Shown: positions 17,954 through 27,095, counted from the stretch's first letter. The stretch is DNA of 64,000 bases from Candidatus Amesbacteria bacterium RIFCSPLOWO2_01_FULL_48_25 (GCA_001773695.1 MEXN01000005.1:3687-67686), one strand, 5' to 3'. Notes: a model not told the origin generated them from the sequence alone. Program-made: numbers and translations.

Positions 17954-18438
17954 ATACAACTAAGGACGCTTCGGGTAAAGCAATTGTGGATTTTATGGGG
18001 GCAGTTCTTCCCGATGGTAGGAAAATAGAAGATTTATTAAAGAGGGGTTTTACTGACAGTATGGTTAATGTATTGAGGGAGTTTGGGGTCATGGGGGTGG
18101 TTACGTACGTTGGTGGCACATTGATTTTAGTATTCTTCCCTTTTCAATCTGACTTGAATAGGCAAATATTGTTTGCTTTTACAGGTCTGTTTCTTTTATC
18201 TCTTTCTACTTTTATTTCGTACTTTCGCATTAAAGCTCATAGAGAAAGAGAGAAGGGATTAATAGAGATGACCCAGAATACTGGGAATAGACTGGCCGAG
18301 CAGTTGGGCAAAAATATGTCCAGCGAACAGGTTGTATCAATAACCCAAACAATTTGGCAGGACCAAAAGGATCTTATAAGTGCAATATTTGGATTTGCTG
18401 GATTAGGAGGTAGGGCAAACGATGAAGTTGAAAGATAA
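17950..18438 (+). CDS. Two-TM hypothetical membrane protein
   Basis: Two hydrophobic segments; coupled to both neighbours. Confidence 0.6.
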   Translation: MNTTKDASGKAIVDFMGAVLPDGRKIEDLLKRGFTDSMVNVLREFGVMGVVTYVGGTLILVFFPFQSDLNRQILFAFTGLFLLSLSTFISYFRIKAHREREKGLIEMTQNTGNRLAEQLGKNMSSEQVVSITQTIWQDQKDLISAIFGFAGLGGRANDEVER

Positions 18439-19156
18439 ATTTGCAATTGTTACGGGTGCGTCTACAGGGATTGGGAGAGCCGTGGCGGTGGAATTGGGAA
18501 AAAAGGGATATATGGTTGGATTGGTAGCCAGGAGAAAGGAAAAGATGGAGGAGACGAAGAAGATGGTTGAGAAAGTGGGGGGCGTGGCAGAAGTGTTCGT
18601 TTACGACCTGGCTAATGTGTTACAAGTTACTAATTTGATACAGAAAGTTAAGGAGTGGACTGGCAGATTGGATGTTTTGGTGTATGTGGCGGGAGTGTGG
18701 CATGGTGAGGGAGAAGTTTACGCTGGGAAAGAATTTGCCACTTTTGACCAGAAAGTGATTTTGGATACTTATGCGGTGGGATTTACTGCCCCGACACTTA
18801 TGGTTCATGGATTGTTACCAATAATGGGTCAGGGGAGTGTGATTGTGAACTTGTCCGGTACCTTTGAGAATGGAGCCAAGGGTTGGTTGCCATACTTTGC
18901 GTCTAAACGGGCACTGGAGGACTTTACTTTGGGTCTGGCGGAGGAGTTAAAGGATAAGGGAATAAGGGCGAATTGTGTGTCGCCGTCGGATACGGCGACG
19001 GAAGAATACAAGAAATATTTCCCGGAGGACGCTAAGGACGCCAACTTGGTTGAGGATGTAGCTAGGGTTATTGTCGAGATGATAGAAAGTGGGGAGAGTG
19101 GAAAATTTCTGGGGATAAAGAGGGGGAGATCGACTTTTGAGGCATTTCACAAGTAG
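18422..19156 (+). CDS. SDR family oxidoreductase
   Basis: TGASTGIG, YFASK (YxxxK), NCVSP. Confidence 0.92.
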   Translation: MKLKDKFAIVTGASTGIGRAVAVELGKKGYMVGLVARRKEKMEETKKMVEKVGGVAEVFVYDLANVLQVTNLIQKVKEWTGRLDVLVYVAGVWHGEGEVYAGKEFATFDQKVILDTYAVGFTAPTLMVHGLLPIMGQGSVIVNLSGTFENGAKGWLPYFASKRALEDFTLGLAEELKDKGIRANCVSPSDTATEEYKKYFPEDAKDANLVEDVARVIVEMIESGESGKFLGIKRGRSTFEAFHK

Positions 19157-19181
19157 CTTGTAGATATGTTTTGCAAAAAAG

Positions 19182-20135
19182 ATGAATTCTCCTGTTAGGA
19201 AAGTCAGCAAGCCAAATACACCAATTCTTTGGTTTGATACGGGGTTTATTTGGAGTCGCCGAAACGATTTAAATTTTTGGCAACAACTCTCCACTGTCAT
19301 TTTGGGTAGGAAAGTAATTGTGGTTGACACTGGGCAGTTCACAGAAATACAGGAGCGTTATTCATCGAAATTTACTATGAATCCAGAGTCGGAACTCTTG
19401 CTTAGACGGTATGAACTCTTAGTTCAAGACTACTCTTCGACGGATCATAACAGTTTTCTTAGTAAACAAATCTCAAGAGCCATGAAAGCATGTGTCGAGC
19501 AGAAGGACGAAGTAATATATGATTTTTATGATTTGTTTGACCCACTAATTAACTTTTTGACGCCTTTTTTGGATATCCAAAATAGATTATTTAAGAGAAG
19601 GTGGGGTACTCCAAGTGCTTTCAAATCACTTAGTAAAAGCATGGCCGATGATTGGGAATCCCTAGGTAGTCAAGCTAAATCTAAGAGGATTAGCCTTTTG
19701 AAACAGCGAGAGCTAGAGTTACTTGGTCTTCACGAAGCTCTTAAGAAGGTGATTGAATCCGGTGACCAAGTTAAGATGGAAAACTTAGTGAAACATCACT
19801 TAAGGAATTGGGAAAATGCATCAGGTGAAAGCAGTATTGATTCAATGCTTGGATTTTTCAAGTCGCCATATTACAAGACTATTCCTTATATTGAAATTCA
19901 TTCTTGGCTCATTTCTGACCTAATGACATCTAACAAATCAAGGAAATTTAATCGGGGGGACTACTTTGATGTTGTAATGATTTCTATGATGTACCCTTTT
20001 GCAGATTATATGGTGGTGGATAATGATATGAGGGATCGTATTGTTGATAAGCTTAAATTCTCTAAGAGGTACCCAGAGTTTACATGCAGTCTGATAGCTC
20101 CTGGAGAAGTGGATGAATTGTTAAGAAAACTATGA
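19182..20135 (+). CDS. PIN-like domain protein (putative defence nuclease)
   Basis: N-terminal WFDT and C-terminal GDYFD..ADYMVVD acidic motifs; AT-rich. Confidence 0.5.
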   Translation: MNSPVRKVSKPNTPILWFDTGFIWSRRNDLNFWQQLSTVILGRKVIVVDTGQFTEIQERYSSKFTMNPESELLLRRYELLVQDYSSTDHNSFLSKQISRAMKACVEQKDEVIYDFYDLFDPLINFLTPFLDIQNRLFKRRWGTPSAFKSLSKSMADDWESLGSQAKSKRISLLKQRELELLGLHEALKKVIESGDQVKMENLVKHHLRNWENASGESSIDSMLGFFKSPYYKTIPYIEIHSWLISDLMTSNKSRKFNRGDYFDVVMISMMYPFADYMVVDNDMRDRIVDKLKFSKRYPEFTCSLIAPGEVDELLRKL

Positions 20136-20334
20136 CTGACTTTTTAGGGATAGAGGGTTTCATTGCTCAATTTTAGTACTTTGTACTGCCAAATAGGGGG
20201 TATGGCCGCAAATGAGCCTCGTCGGGTAGGAGATATACTACTTCCCTCCTCCTAATACGAAGATTGGATTTTTAGAAAAAAGTCGGGTCTTACGGTTAGT
20301 CTATGAGACTGTAGTTAAACAGTGAAAGAGTAAC

Positions 20335-21033
20335 TTAAGATTTTATTTCCATGTCAGAATCGTTTGTTGTAGGTATAGAAGTAGGAGTGGGAGAATAGTA
20401 TTCAGGAATATTCATGTTCTCTTCAGGACAGTCTGGAGGAGGAACTTGGGCAAAGTACTTTCTCCAGTCCTTTATTTCCAGCCCCTTATCAAACGCATCA
20501 AAGTATAAATCTTGGTTTGCCCACCTTTCCTCCTGGAACTTACTCATTAATTCTGTTGGACTACCTTCAAACTGGAATTCCGTGCCGGTTTCTTTGGCCT
20601 TGTCTCCTGCTTTATTCATATCGCTGACTACCTTGTAATATTTGTAATACGCTTCATACATGGCTAGCTGATACTTCCCGGCAGTCTTTACGTAATCAGG
20701 AGCAAGAAGTTTGAAATCCCAGCGATTCATAAAGGCACTTTGTTTGTCTAACCAGTTTCTCTCCAGCTCGATATACTTGTCGGCAGAAGTTAAGAGTACA
20801 CCAAGGTCGCCGCTAAACTGCTCAGCAGATGGTGTTGCTCGACCTGACACAGCAGCTCCAAGTGCCAGATGAGTATTTCTGACTTTGATAAGAGTGGGAT
20901 TCACGCTGTTGCAGCGATCGTTGAATAATTTCCAACCCTCTATGGCCAACGAGTGGTATTTGTATGTGTATATACCAAGTCCTAACGCTCCAACTAATAA
21001 AGTTGCCAATATAAATTTAAATATCAGTTTCAT
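20335..21033 (-). CDS. Membrane-anchored hypothetical protein
   Basis: N-terminal TM, helical body. Confidence 0.7.
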   Translation of the reverse strand: MKLIFKFILATLLVGALGLGIYTYKYHSLAIEGWKLFNDRCNSVNPTLIKVRNTHLALGAAVSGRATPSAEQFSGDLGVLLTSADKYIELERNWLDKQSAFMNRWDFKLLAPDYVKTAGKYQLAMYEAYYKYYKVVSDMNKAGDKAKETGTEFQFEGSPTELMSKFQEERWANQDLYFDAFDKGLEIKDWRKYFAQVPPPDCPEENMNIPEYYSPTPTSIPTTNDSDMEIKS

Positions 21034-21325
21034 AAATTATGGGTAGATTCTAACACTCTAGGGTCAGTTTACGGTATACAATTTGTTTTGGATGGTTGTC
21101 ATTGCAGAGGGGGGTATACCCGCAAAATGAGCCTCTTCCCCACGAGGTACTTCCTCCTACCCAAACACATCTTTCAGACAGTTTTCTAATTTCAAAAAAA
21201 GGATGCTTATTTTCCAAAATCAAATACCACCCTATATTTTTTGGAAAAATAACAATTTTCCAATTAGTAAAGTATTTATTTTCTATGGCTAACCTGAGCC
21301 TGTCTAATTGATCTATAATTAACCT

Positions 21326-21796
21326 ATGAAAAATAAAGTTAAACCGACAGAGAAACAGAAACTTGCAGTGATGGGGATATTGCAAGGCAAGTCAGCCAGA
21401 AGAGCCATGATTGACGCTAAGTATACGGAGGTATCAGCATCACACCCTAAGCAGAACCTCATCGACAGGCCAGGGGTGCAGTCCTATGTGGCAAAACTGG
21501 ACAAGGCCTCCCAGGCAAAGTTTGGCATATCCCTGGAAAGTAAGATGATTGACACCACTCTGGAAGGCCTGGAAGCCACCAAGCTATTCGGGAAGGATGC
21601 AGTAAAGCATCCGGACTGGGGATCCAGATATAACTTCCTGAAACTGGTGAGTGATGTCACTGGTAAAACTAAATCCTCAGAGCCAACCTCAGAAACAAAC
21701 CAGCAATATAATTTCTTCCAAGTCAACACAGTCGAACGAGAGGCTTTCCATAATAAATTGAAGGAGTTTTTAAGGAAGAATAATGACAAAGAATAA
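21326..21796 (+). CDS. Terminase small subunit-like protein
   Basis: TEKQK..SARRAMIDAKY..SA..NL..VQSYV resembles the TerS N-terminal HTH; TATAAT 6 nt upstream. Confidence 0.6.
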   Translation: MKNKVKPTEKQKLAVMGILQGKSARRAMIDAKYTEVSASHPKQNLIDRPGVQSYVAKLDKASQAKFGISLESKMIDTTLEGLEATKLFGKDAVKHPDWGSRYNFLKLVSDVTGKTKSSEPTSETNQQYNFFQVNTVEREAFHNKLKEFLRKNNDKE

Positions 21797-21899
21797 AAGC
21801 GGTTGCGGTTCAAAGGGGGAAGAAAGGTGAGCGTGGGGACAGAGCTACCGCTGTGTGCAAACTTTTCTAATTATTACTTTAACAAGAAAGTTTTACTAT

Positions 21900-22205
21900 T
21901 TATTTTGCTTCTTTCCTTTTATAAGTTGGCATAAAATACAATTCTGCTTCCACTTCCTTATTCTTTTTCTCCAAATACAGCTCCGGGTTTTGCTTAACCA
22001 TCTCCACCAACTCGCTCACAATATTGTTCAGACTGATTAAAAACACCAGCTTCTTCTTCTTCTTTTGTGGCGGTTCTACTGTCTGGTCTTTTGGAAGTTT
22101 GTGAGCCTTTTCTCACTGTGACTTAGACATTCCCGTAAACATCTGAAAACCCGCTATACCGTCTTTTCCAATTAGGTCTTCCATAAGTTGCTTCATACGG
22201 CTCAT
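21900..22205 (-). pseudogene. 101-codon reading frame with one in-frame TGA
   Basis: AAGGAGG SD, then MSRMKQLMEDL..KSQ*EKAHKL..KRKEAK*; TGA at 22113-22115. Confidence 0.55.
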
Positions 22206-22347
22206 GCTGCCTCCTTTTTTGGATATTCCGGTTTTTTCCGAAAGAAAATTACCTGTGTTTTATCAGATTCCCTTTCCTCAAGTAGTCTTCCCTCTTCCTT
22301 TGCTTTTTTGTTTAATTTATCAATGAATTGCTGAGTAGTAAGTTTTT

Positions 22348-22560
22348 TCACTCGTATCCTTTCTCATCCAGACATCTTTTTCTAAGACTTTGATACTGAT
22401 CGAATGTAAAACTCGCTCCCTTTGAAATTGCAGTATTTGCTAGATCAGAGGCATATTTCCAACACACTTTTCTGTCTTCGGTTGGCCGCCATTGGAACCA
22501 ATAAAACAATCCAGTTAGTAAAAGTAGGATAAGAATAGTTAATAATTCCTTATATTTCAT
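22348..22560 (-). CDS. Small membrane protein (FYWFQWR paralog 1)
   Basis: TM followed by FYWFQWR..C..C. Confidence 0.7.
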   Translation of the reverse strand: MKYKELLTILILLLLTGLFYWFQWRPTEDRKVCWKYASDLANTAISKGASFTFDQYQSLRKRCLDEKGYE

Positions 22561-22574
22561 TTATAACTTAAAAA

Positions 22575-22889
22575 TTATATTTTCATTCCATTTTTGAGTA
22601 AACATTGGTTGTACCAACCCTCTACTGTTTTTTGTGAAGTTAAACGGTGCCACCAGCCCCATTTGGCATCCCAGCGGTCTTGCAATGGGTTTGGCATCCA
22701 ATCTTTTCCCCAGGCCCACTTGTCGTCTCCGCTCCGATTACTTTCATTTCTATATTCGTCTATAGCGAAGGATTTTTGGTAACACTCTTTCCTAATTTTT
22801 GAAGTTCGCCATTGAAACCAGTAGAACCATACGGAAGCAGCAATAACTAGTAGGGCAAGAATTAAATAGACCGGCCCATTGTTTTTCAT
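22575..22889 (-). CDS. Small membrane protein (FYWFQWR paralog 2)
   Basis: TM followed by FYWFQWR..C..C. Confidence 0.7.
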   Translation of the reverse strand: MKNNGPVYLILALLVIAASVWFYWFQWRTSKIRKECYQKSFAIDEYRNESNRSGDDKWAWGKDWMPNPLQDRWDAKWGWWHRLTSQKTVEGWYNQCLLKNGMKI

Positions 22890-23010
22890 GGAAGTATTGA
22901 GAGTATTTTACCATTATTGGCTGATTATTGGGAATTATGCAGAACTAATGCTGAATAATTACAAGGTTTTTTGTCCACAGTGATAAAATCGGCAAAGATG
23001 AAGATTAAGT

Positions 23011-23463
23011 ATGAAAATGGATATCAATAGCCATCTGTCCTATCTTTCCTATAAAGAGGATTGCTTGAAAAAAGGGATAGTCCCTGAACCTGAAATCCCC
23101 TTAGAAATAAGTAATAATCCATACGTTCTTGGTTCCAAGGCCGATATTTACCCAGCACAAGAAGTATTACCTTCCAATACAATATCCAAACGATTTATGG
23201 GGGAGAACAGGCAAAAGATTATTGCCCTCATTGAAAACTCAGGTTTGAAAAGGAAAAACCAGATCAAAGTTTATTTGAATAGGCTCAGCGGCTTCGATTA
23301 CGTAGCTGTGGGTGGACTTATAGGAAAGAAATACCAGCCAAAAAACCGGTCCAGCCTAAGAAATTTGGAGTTTAGAGTTAGGAAATTTCTTAAACCAGGT
23401 TTTTATATAGAAACCGAGAAAAATAAGCCTTACCGAAGAAAGTTGATTTCTCTAACTGATTAA
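23011..23463 (+). CDS. Basic hypothetical protein, possibly DNA-binding
   Basis: 150-aa Lys/Arg-rich ORF. Confidence 0.55.
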   Translation: MKMDINSHLSYLSYKEDCLKKGIVPEPEIPLEISNNPYVLGSKADIYPAQEVLPSNTISKRFMGENRQKIIALIENSGLKRKNQIKVYLNRLSGFDYVAVGGLIGKKYQPKNRSSLRNLEFRVRKFLKPGFYIETEKNKPYRRKLISLTD

Positions 23464-23602
23464 TTTCGAGAGAAAATAATACTTAGCTTCATTTCTTCTG
23501 CGTAATCTAATACCACCCTCCCTGGATTTTTTGAAAATAGCCTTGATTTCTAACGCTTCCAGTAGTGACTTCTAACTTTTGACCCGATTATCCTGTGGAA
23601 AT

Positions 23603-23791
23603 ATGAATATGGGTGAATCATCAAATGTTTATGAAAGTGAAGACGAGCAAATTGCACCGATTTTGTTGACACGTCTGGGAAGAAATGTAACCGATGAAGA
23701 GGTGGTTGAGGCTAAATTTAATTTAAGTGGTTTTGCCAAAGTGTTGTTAAAGATGGCGATGGAGAGGAAGTATGGAAGGGCTAATAATTAG
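23603..23791 (+). CDS. Small hypothetical protein
   Basis: First of four closely coupled ORFs upstream of the recombinase. Confidence 0.5.
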   Translation: MNMGESSNVYESEDEQIAPILLTRLGRNVTDEEVVEAKFNLSGFAKVLLKMAMERKYGRANN

Positions 23792-24104
23792 AGTCGTTAT
23801 TCCCATCTCTGATTTCCCCAGATTCAGGATTTCTAACCCTTTTACTGGCAGGGTGTCGTATCGGAAAACTATACGGGGAACATGGGACCTTCTGGAAAAG
23901 CGTTTTACCTCCGTTTGCAAGGCTGGCTCGGGGCATAAAACGGCTGTTTTGGTAAAAGATGGCTTGGGACACATCAACGAAACTTATGAGAGTTCAAATC
24001 CCGGATACCTGGGCTTTGCGGCGAGGTGCTTCTTGGAAGAGTTTATGAAATCCGGTATGCGGAGGAGGTTGGAGGTTGACTATCCACCTACTGATGAAAT
24101 ATGA
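23772..24104 (+). CDS. Hypothetical protein
   Basis: Coupled ORF. Confidence 0.6.
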   Translation: MEGLIIRVVIPISDFPRFRISNPFTGRVSYRKTIRGTWDLLEKRFTSVCKAGSGHKTAVLVKDGLGHINETYESSNPGYLGFAARCFLEEFMKSGMRRRLEVDYPPTDEI

Positions 24105-24331
24105 ATAGCTATAAAACCAAAGATTTGTATGAGGCGGCGTTGCTGTATGCAATTGGTGTACGACTGACTGGACTTGAGGGAGAGCCTAGACAGTTATGGT
24201 TTGTGTTTGAGAGACGGGAGGATACACAGCGATTGGCAGATTCCTACTGGGCAGGGGAGGTGAAGGTTGTAGCCAAACGATATGCCGATGCTATTCGATC
24301 GTTAAAGGATAGGTTGTTTGCGAGGGGGTAG
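24101..24331 (+). CDS. DUF5659-like small mobile-element protein
   Basis: YKTKDLYEAALL..WFVFE..Y..LKDRLF pattern. Confidence 0.6.
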   Translation: MNSYKTKDLYEAALLYAIGVRLTGLEGEPRQLWFVFERREDTQRLADSYWAGEVKVVAKRYADAIRSLKDRLFARG

Positions 24332-24339
24332 AGATTAGT

Positions 24340-24702
24340 ATGGAGATGAATATAAAAAGAATTGCTTTTCAGGACTGGCGAATAGAAACGCTGGAAATTC
24401 AGATTAGGCCGGTGGTGAGAGGGGATAAGATAAGAGCGTTTGTGGTTTGGACTTTCAAGACTTCGAAGGGAGATTTGAAAATAAGAGGCGGGACAATCAA
24501 ATTAAAAGAGTTGCCAAGTGGAGAGGAGCTGCTATCGTTTGACGCTCCGGCATATAGAGCTGGCCCTCGATATTTCAAGTCCTTTTTTCTGGAAAGCGAT
24601 GAGTTTCGTCGGATTTGTGCGGAAACGGTTAAGTTTTACTGTGAACAAACCGGCGAGGTTCCGCCGAATTATATTTTTTTGGATGGAGATGGCCAGAGAT
24701 AG
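24340..24702 (+). CDS. SpoVG-like putative nucleic-acid-binding protein
   Basis: IQIRPV..KIRAFV..IRG..F.AP pattern. Confidence 0.4.
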   Translation: MEMNIKRIAFQDWRIETLEIQIRPVVRGDKIRAFVVWTFKTSKGDLKIRGGTIKLKELPSGEELLSFDAPAYRAGPRYFKSFFLESDEFRRICAETVKFYCEQTGEVPPNYIFLDGDGQR

Positions 24703-24750
24703 TAACCATAATAGTAACTATATGGTAACGGTGACTATATGGTTACAGTA
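24701..24750. promoter_or_regulatory. Direct/inverted repeat cluster upstream of the recombinase
   Basis: GTAACCATA..ACTATATGGTAAC..ACTATATGGTTAC. Confidence 0.55.
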
Positions 24751-24811
24751 GCTATCTCTTGTAAGAAATGAGTATTAGTTATATAACAGTATTAGTGTTT
24801 TAGAACTGAAG

Positions 24812-26362
24812 ATGAATATGAAAGCGGTACTGTATGCCAGGGTGTCCAGTAGAGAGCAGGAGCAGGGGTATTCATTGGCGGCACAGACAAAGTTGATTAA
24901 GGATTATGCGGAGAGGAACGGTGTTGAGATAATTAGACAATTTGTTTGTTCAGAAAGTGCAAAGGAGGATGGTAGGAAGGTATTTTCCGAGATGGTTGAG
25001 TTTCTAAAAACGAAGCCAGACGTGGAGCTTTTGCTATGCGAGAAGGTCGATAGACTTCTAAGGGGGAATCTGAAAGACAGAGTAGAAGTGGACGACTTGG
25101 TGAGTAAGTATGAAAAGAAAGTAGTGTTTGTAAAGGATGGCACGTCCTACTCTGGGGATTCAAAATCGACGGAAAAATTGACTTATGGAATTCAGGCAGA
25201 GCTGGCGAGGTTTTACCTAAATAACTTGTCTGATGAAGTGAAAAAAGGTTTGACGGAGAAGGCGTCCAGGGGTGAGTATCCGGGTACTCCGCCGTTTGGC
25301 TACGTGAGGAAGGAGGGTAAGATTTTAGTGCATCCGGAGACTTCGGTGGCAGTGAGAAAGGCGTTTGAGTGGTACGCCTCCGGTTCTTACTCGATAAGGC
25401 AGCTTAGGAATAAGCTGGTTGCGGAAGGGTTGGCAACTAAGCTAAACAAGGGGATATTGGGAAGCAGCGATGTGGGCCACATGCTAAGAAATCCGTTTTA
25501 CTATGGGGAGTTTAGGTGGAATGGGAAGGTTTACCCCAGTAACAGTACTTATGAACCGTTGATGAGCAGGGATTTGTGGAATAGAGTGCAGGAAACATTA
25601 GATGAGCAGAATAAACCCAGGACTCGGAGGCATAACTTTAACTTCACCATGTTGTTGCGATGTGGGGAGTGCGGGTACAGCGTGACGGCGGAGAAGAAGA
25701 CTAAATTTTACAAGAAGACTGACAGGAAGGCCGAATACACTTACTATCATTGCACTAGGCCCGATTACGGACGGATAAAATGCCATCAGAAGCCAATTAC
25801 GGAGGAGGAGATGGTGGGCCAACTTACTGGAATTGTGGATTCCATTTCAATTACGGAGGAAGTGGTGGAATTGATGAAAAGTATTCTGCGAAAGGGAGTT
25901 GATGAGGAGCACGTGTATCACACTCAAGCCATTGAAGCTCTAAGTCAGAGATATAAGGAATTTCAGGAGAAAAAGCGGAGGTTGCTGGATGGGTATTTGG
26001 ATGGTGCCGTTAAAGAGGCAACATACCAGGAGAAGGATGAGGAATTGGAAAGGGAACTAAGGGAGGTCGTGGCTCAAAGAGAGAAGCACGAAAGTGGAAA
26101 TAGAGTCTACTATGAGCAAATTGAGAATTTCATTGAAGTGTGCCACCGGGCTCCGGAACTATTCAGAAGTTCCAGTCCTAAGCTAAAACGGGAACTTTTG
26201 AGGTATGTTGTATCGGACCTCCGGTTGATAGACGGAAAAGTCCTATGTACCTACAAATTTCCGTTCTCGGAACTTCTGAAAACAAAGGAAAATGGTAATT
26301 GGCAGGGGCGGAAGGAATCGGACCTTCGTCATTGGTTTTGGAGACCAAGAGCCTACCACTGA
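24812..26362 (+). CDS. Large serine recombinase (integrase)
   Basis: YARVSS catalytic Ser, KVDRLLR, PPFGY, NPFYYG, Zn ribbon CGECG..YYHC..C, coiled coil; last 21 codons are antisense to tRNA-Trp. Confidence 0.95.
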   Translation: MNMKAVLYARVSSREQEQGYSLAAQTKLIKDYAERNGVEIIRQFVCSESAKEDGRKVFSEMVEFLKTKPDVELLLCEKVDRLLRGNLKDRVEVDDLVSKYEKKVVFVKDGTSYSGDSKSTEKLTYGIQAELARFYLNNLSDEVKKGLTEKASRGEYPGTPPFGYVRKEGKILVHPETSVAVRKAFEWYASGSYSIRQLRNKLVAEGLATKLNKGILGSSDVGHMLRNPFYYGEFRWNGKVYPSNSTYEPLMSRDLWNRVQETLDEQNKPRTRRHNFNFTMLLRCGECGYSVTAEKKTKFYKKTDRKAEYTYYHCTRPDYGRIKCHQKPITEEEMVGQLTGIVDSISITEEVVELMKSILRKGVDEEHVYHTQAIEALSQRYKEFQEKKRRLLDGYLDGAVKEATYQEKDEELERELREVVAQREKHESGNRVYYEQIENFIEVCHRAPELFRSSSPKLKRELLRYVVSDLRLIDGKVLCTYKFPFSELLKTKENGNWQGRKESDLRHWFWRPRAYH

Positions 26363-26373
26363 CTGACGCCCCT
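26300..26373 (-). tRNA. tRNA-Trp (CCA)
   Basis: Acceptor AGGGGCG/CGCCCCT, anticodon arm TTGGT-CTCCAAA-ACCAA, encoded CCA. Confidence 0.93.
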
Positions 26374-26493
26374 ATGATGATAGGATTTTAGCATTTTTGA
26401 CGGTGGGCTTGACGGGTGGAGTAAGATTGAGAATGTGGCGTGTGGGCTAATAGCCATTGCATCGGCTAAGTAGGGGGAGTAGTATTCTGGCTG

Positions 26494-26715
26494 GTGGGAG
26501 CAGAGATTACTTGTCAGAGAGTGTGGATTTCAAGGTTGGATATAGCAAAGTTGCTGCGGGCTTTATGGGGGCAGGGAGACGATAAAGCGGTGCGGGCGGC
26601 GAGGATTTTGAACCAAGTGAGGATGGTTCGGGAAGAGTGTCCGTTGGCTGGGAAGAATGGATGTGATCCGGCGAAATGCCCGGCGGGGTACATAGTGGAG
26701 ATGGGTAGGGAGTGA
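26494..26715 (+). CDS. Small Cys-rich hypothetical protein
   Basis: 73 aa, CP..GC...CP. Confidence 0.5.
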   Translation: MGAEITCQRVWISRLDIAKLLRALWGQGDDKAVRAARILNQVRMVREECPLAGKNGCDPAKCPAGYIVEMGRE

Positions 26716-26759
26716 TTTTGGTGTTGACAAATGTTAATCAGTGAGAGATTATTGCAGCC

Positions 26760-27095
26760 ATGGTGAGGCGGTTTCCTAAAGCGCAAAATTATCTGGACAC
26801 GGTTGATTGGATGCGCGCGGATGAGCTGGATAGGATTGCCCGGGAGCTTCTAAACGATGGGGCGTTTTTTGAAAGAGTGGACGATGTATTGGGGCGCAAG
26901 TTCCGGCACGGGAAGACGGAAACGACGGGGATGGACCGGGACGGGAGGTTGGCCAAGATTCGTCGGGAAACCCTCCAAGGGAAGTGGTTTAGATACATGA
27001 TTGAGGGGGCTAATGGGCAGTGGTACGAGCCGGAGGAGAAAATTTGGGTGTTGGCTATGGTGGAACTCTTTCGGAGGAGAAAGAAGACTACTTGA
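26760..27095 (+). CDS. Hypothetical protein
   Basis: TTGACA upstream; 111 aa. Confidence 0.6.
   Translation: MVRRFPKAQNYLDTVDWMRADELDRIARELLNDGAFFERVDDVLGRKFRHGKTETTGMDRDGRLAKIRRETLQGKWFRYMIEGANGQWYEPEEKIWVLAMVELFRRRKKTT

Larger units (their letters stand above)
14111..26306. mobile_element. Genomic island / tandem cassette array integrated at the tRNA-Trp 3' end
   Basis: Serine recombinase runs into tRNA-Trp; GCAGG-core att-like sites at 14113, 15323, 16595 and 17344; toxin/defence cargo; AT-rich from about 19 to 24 kb. Confidence 0.75.
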
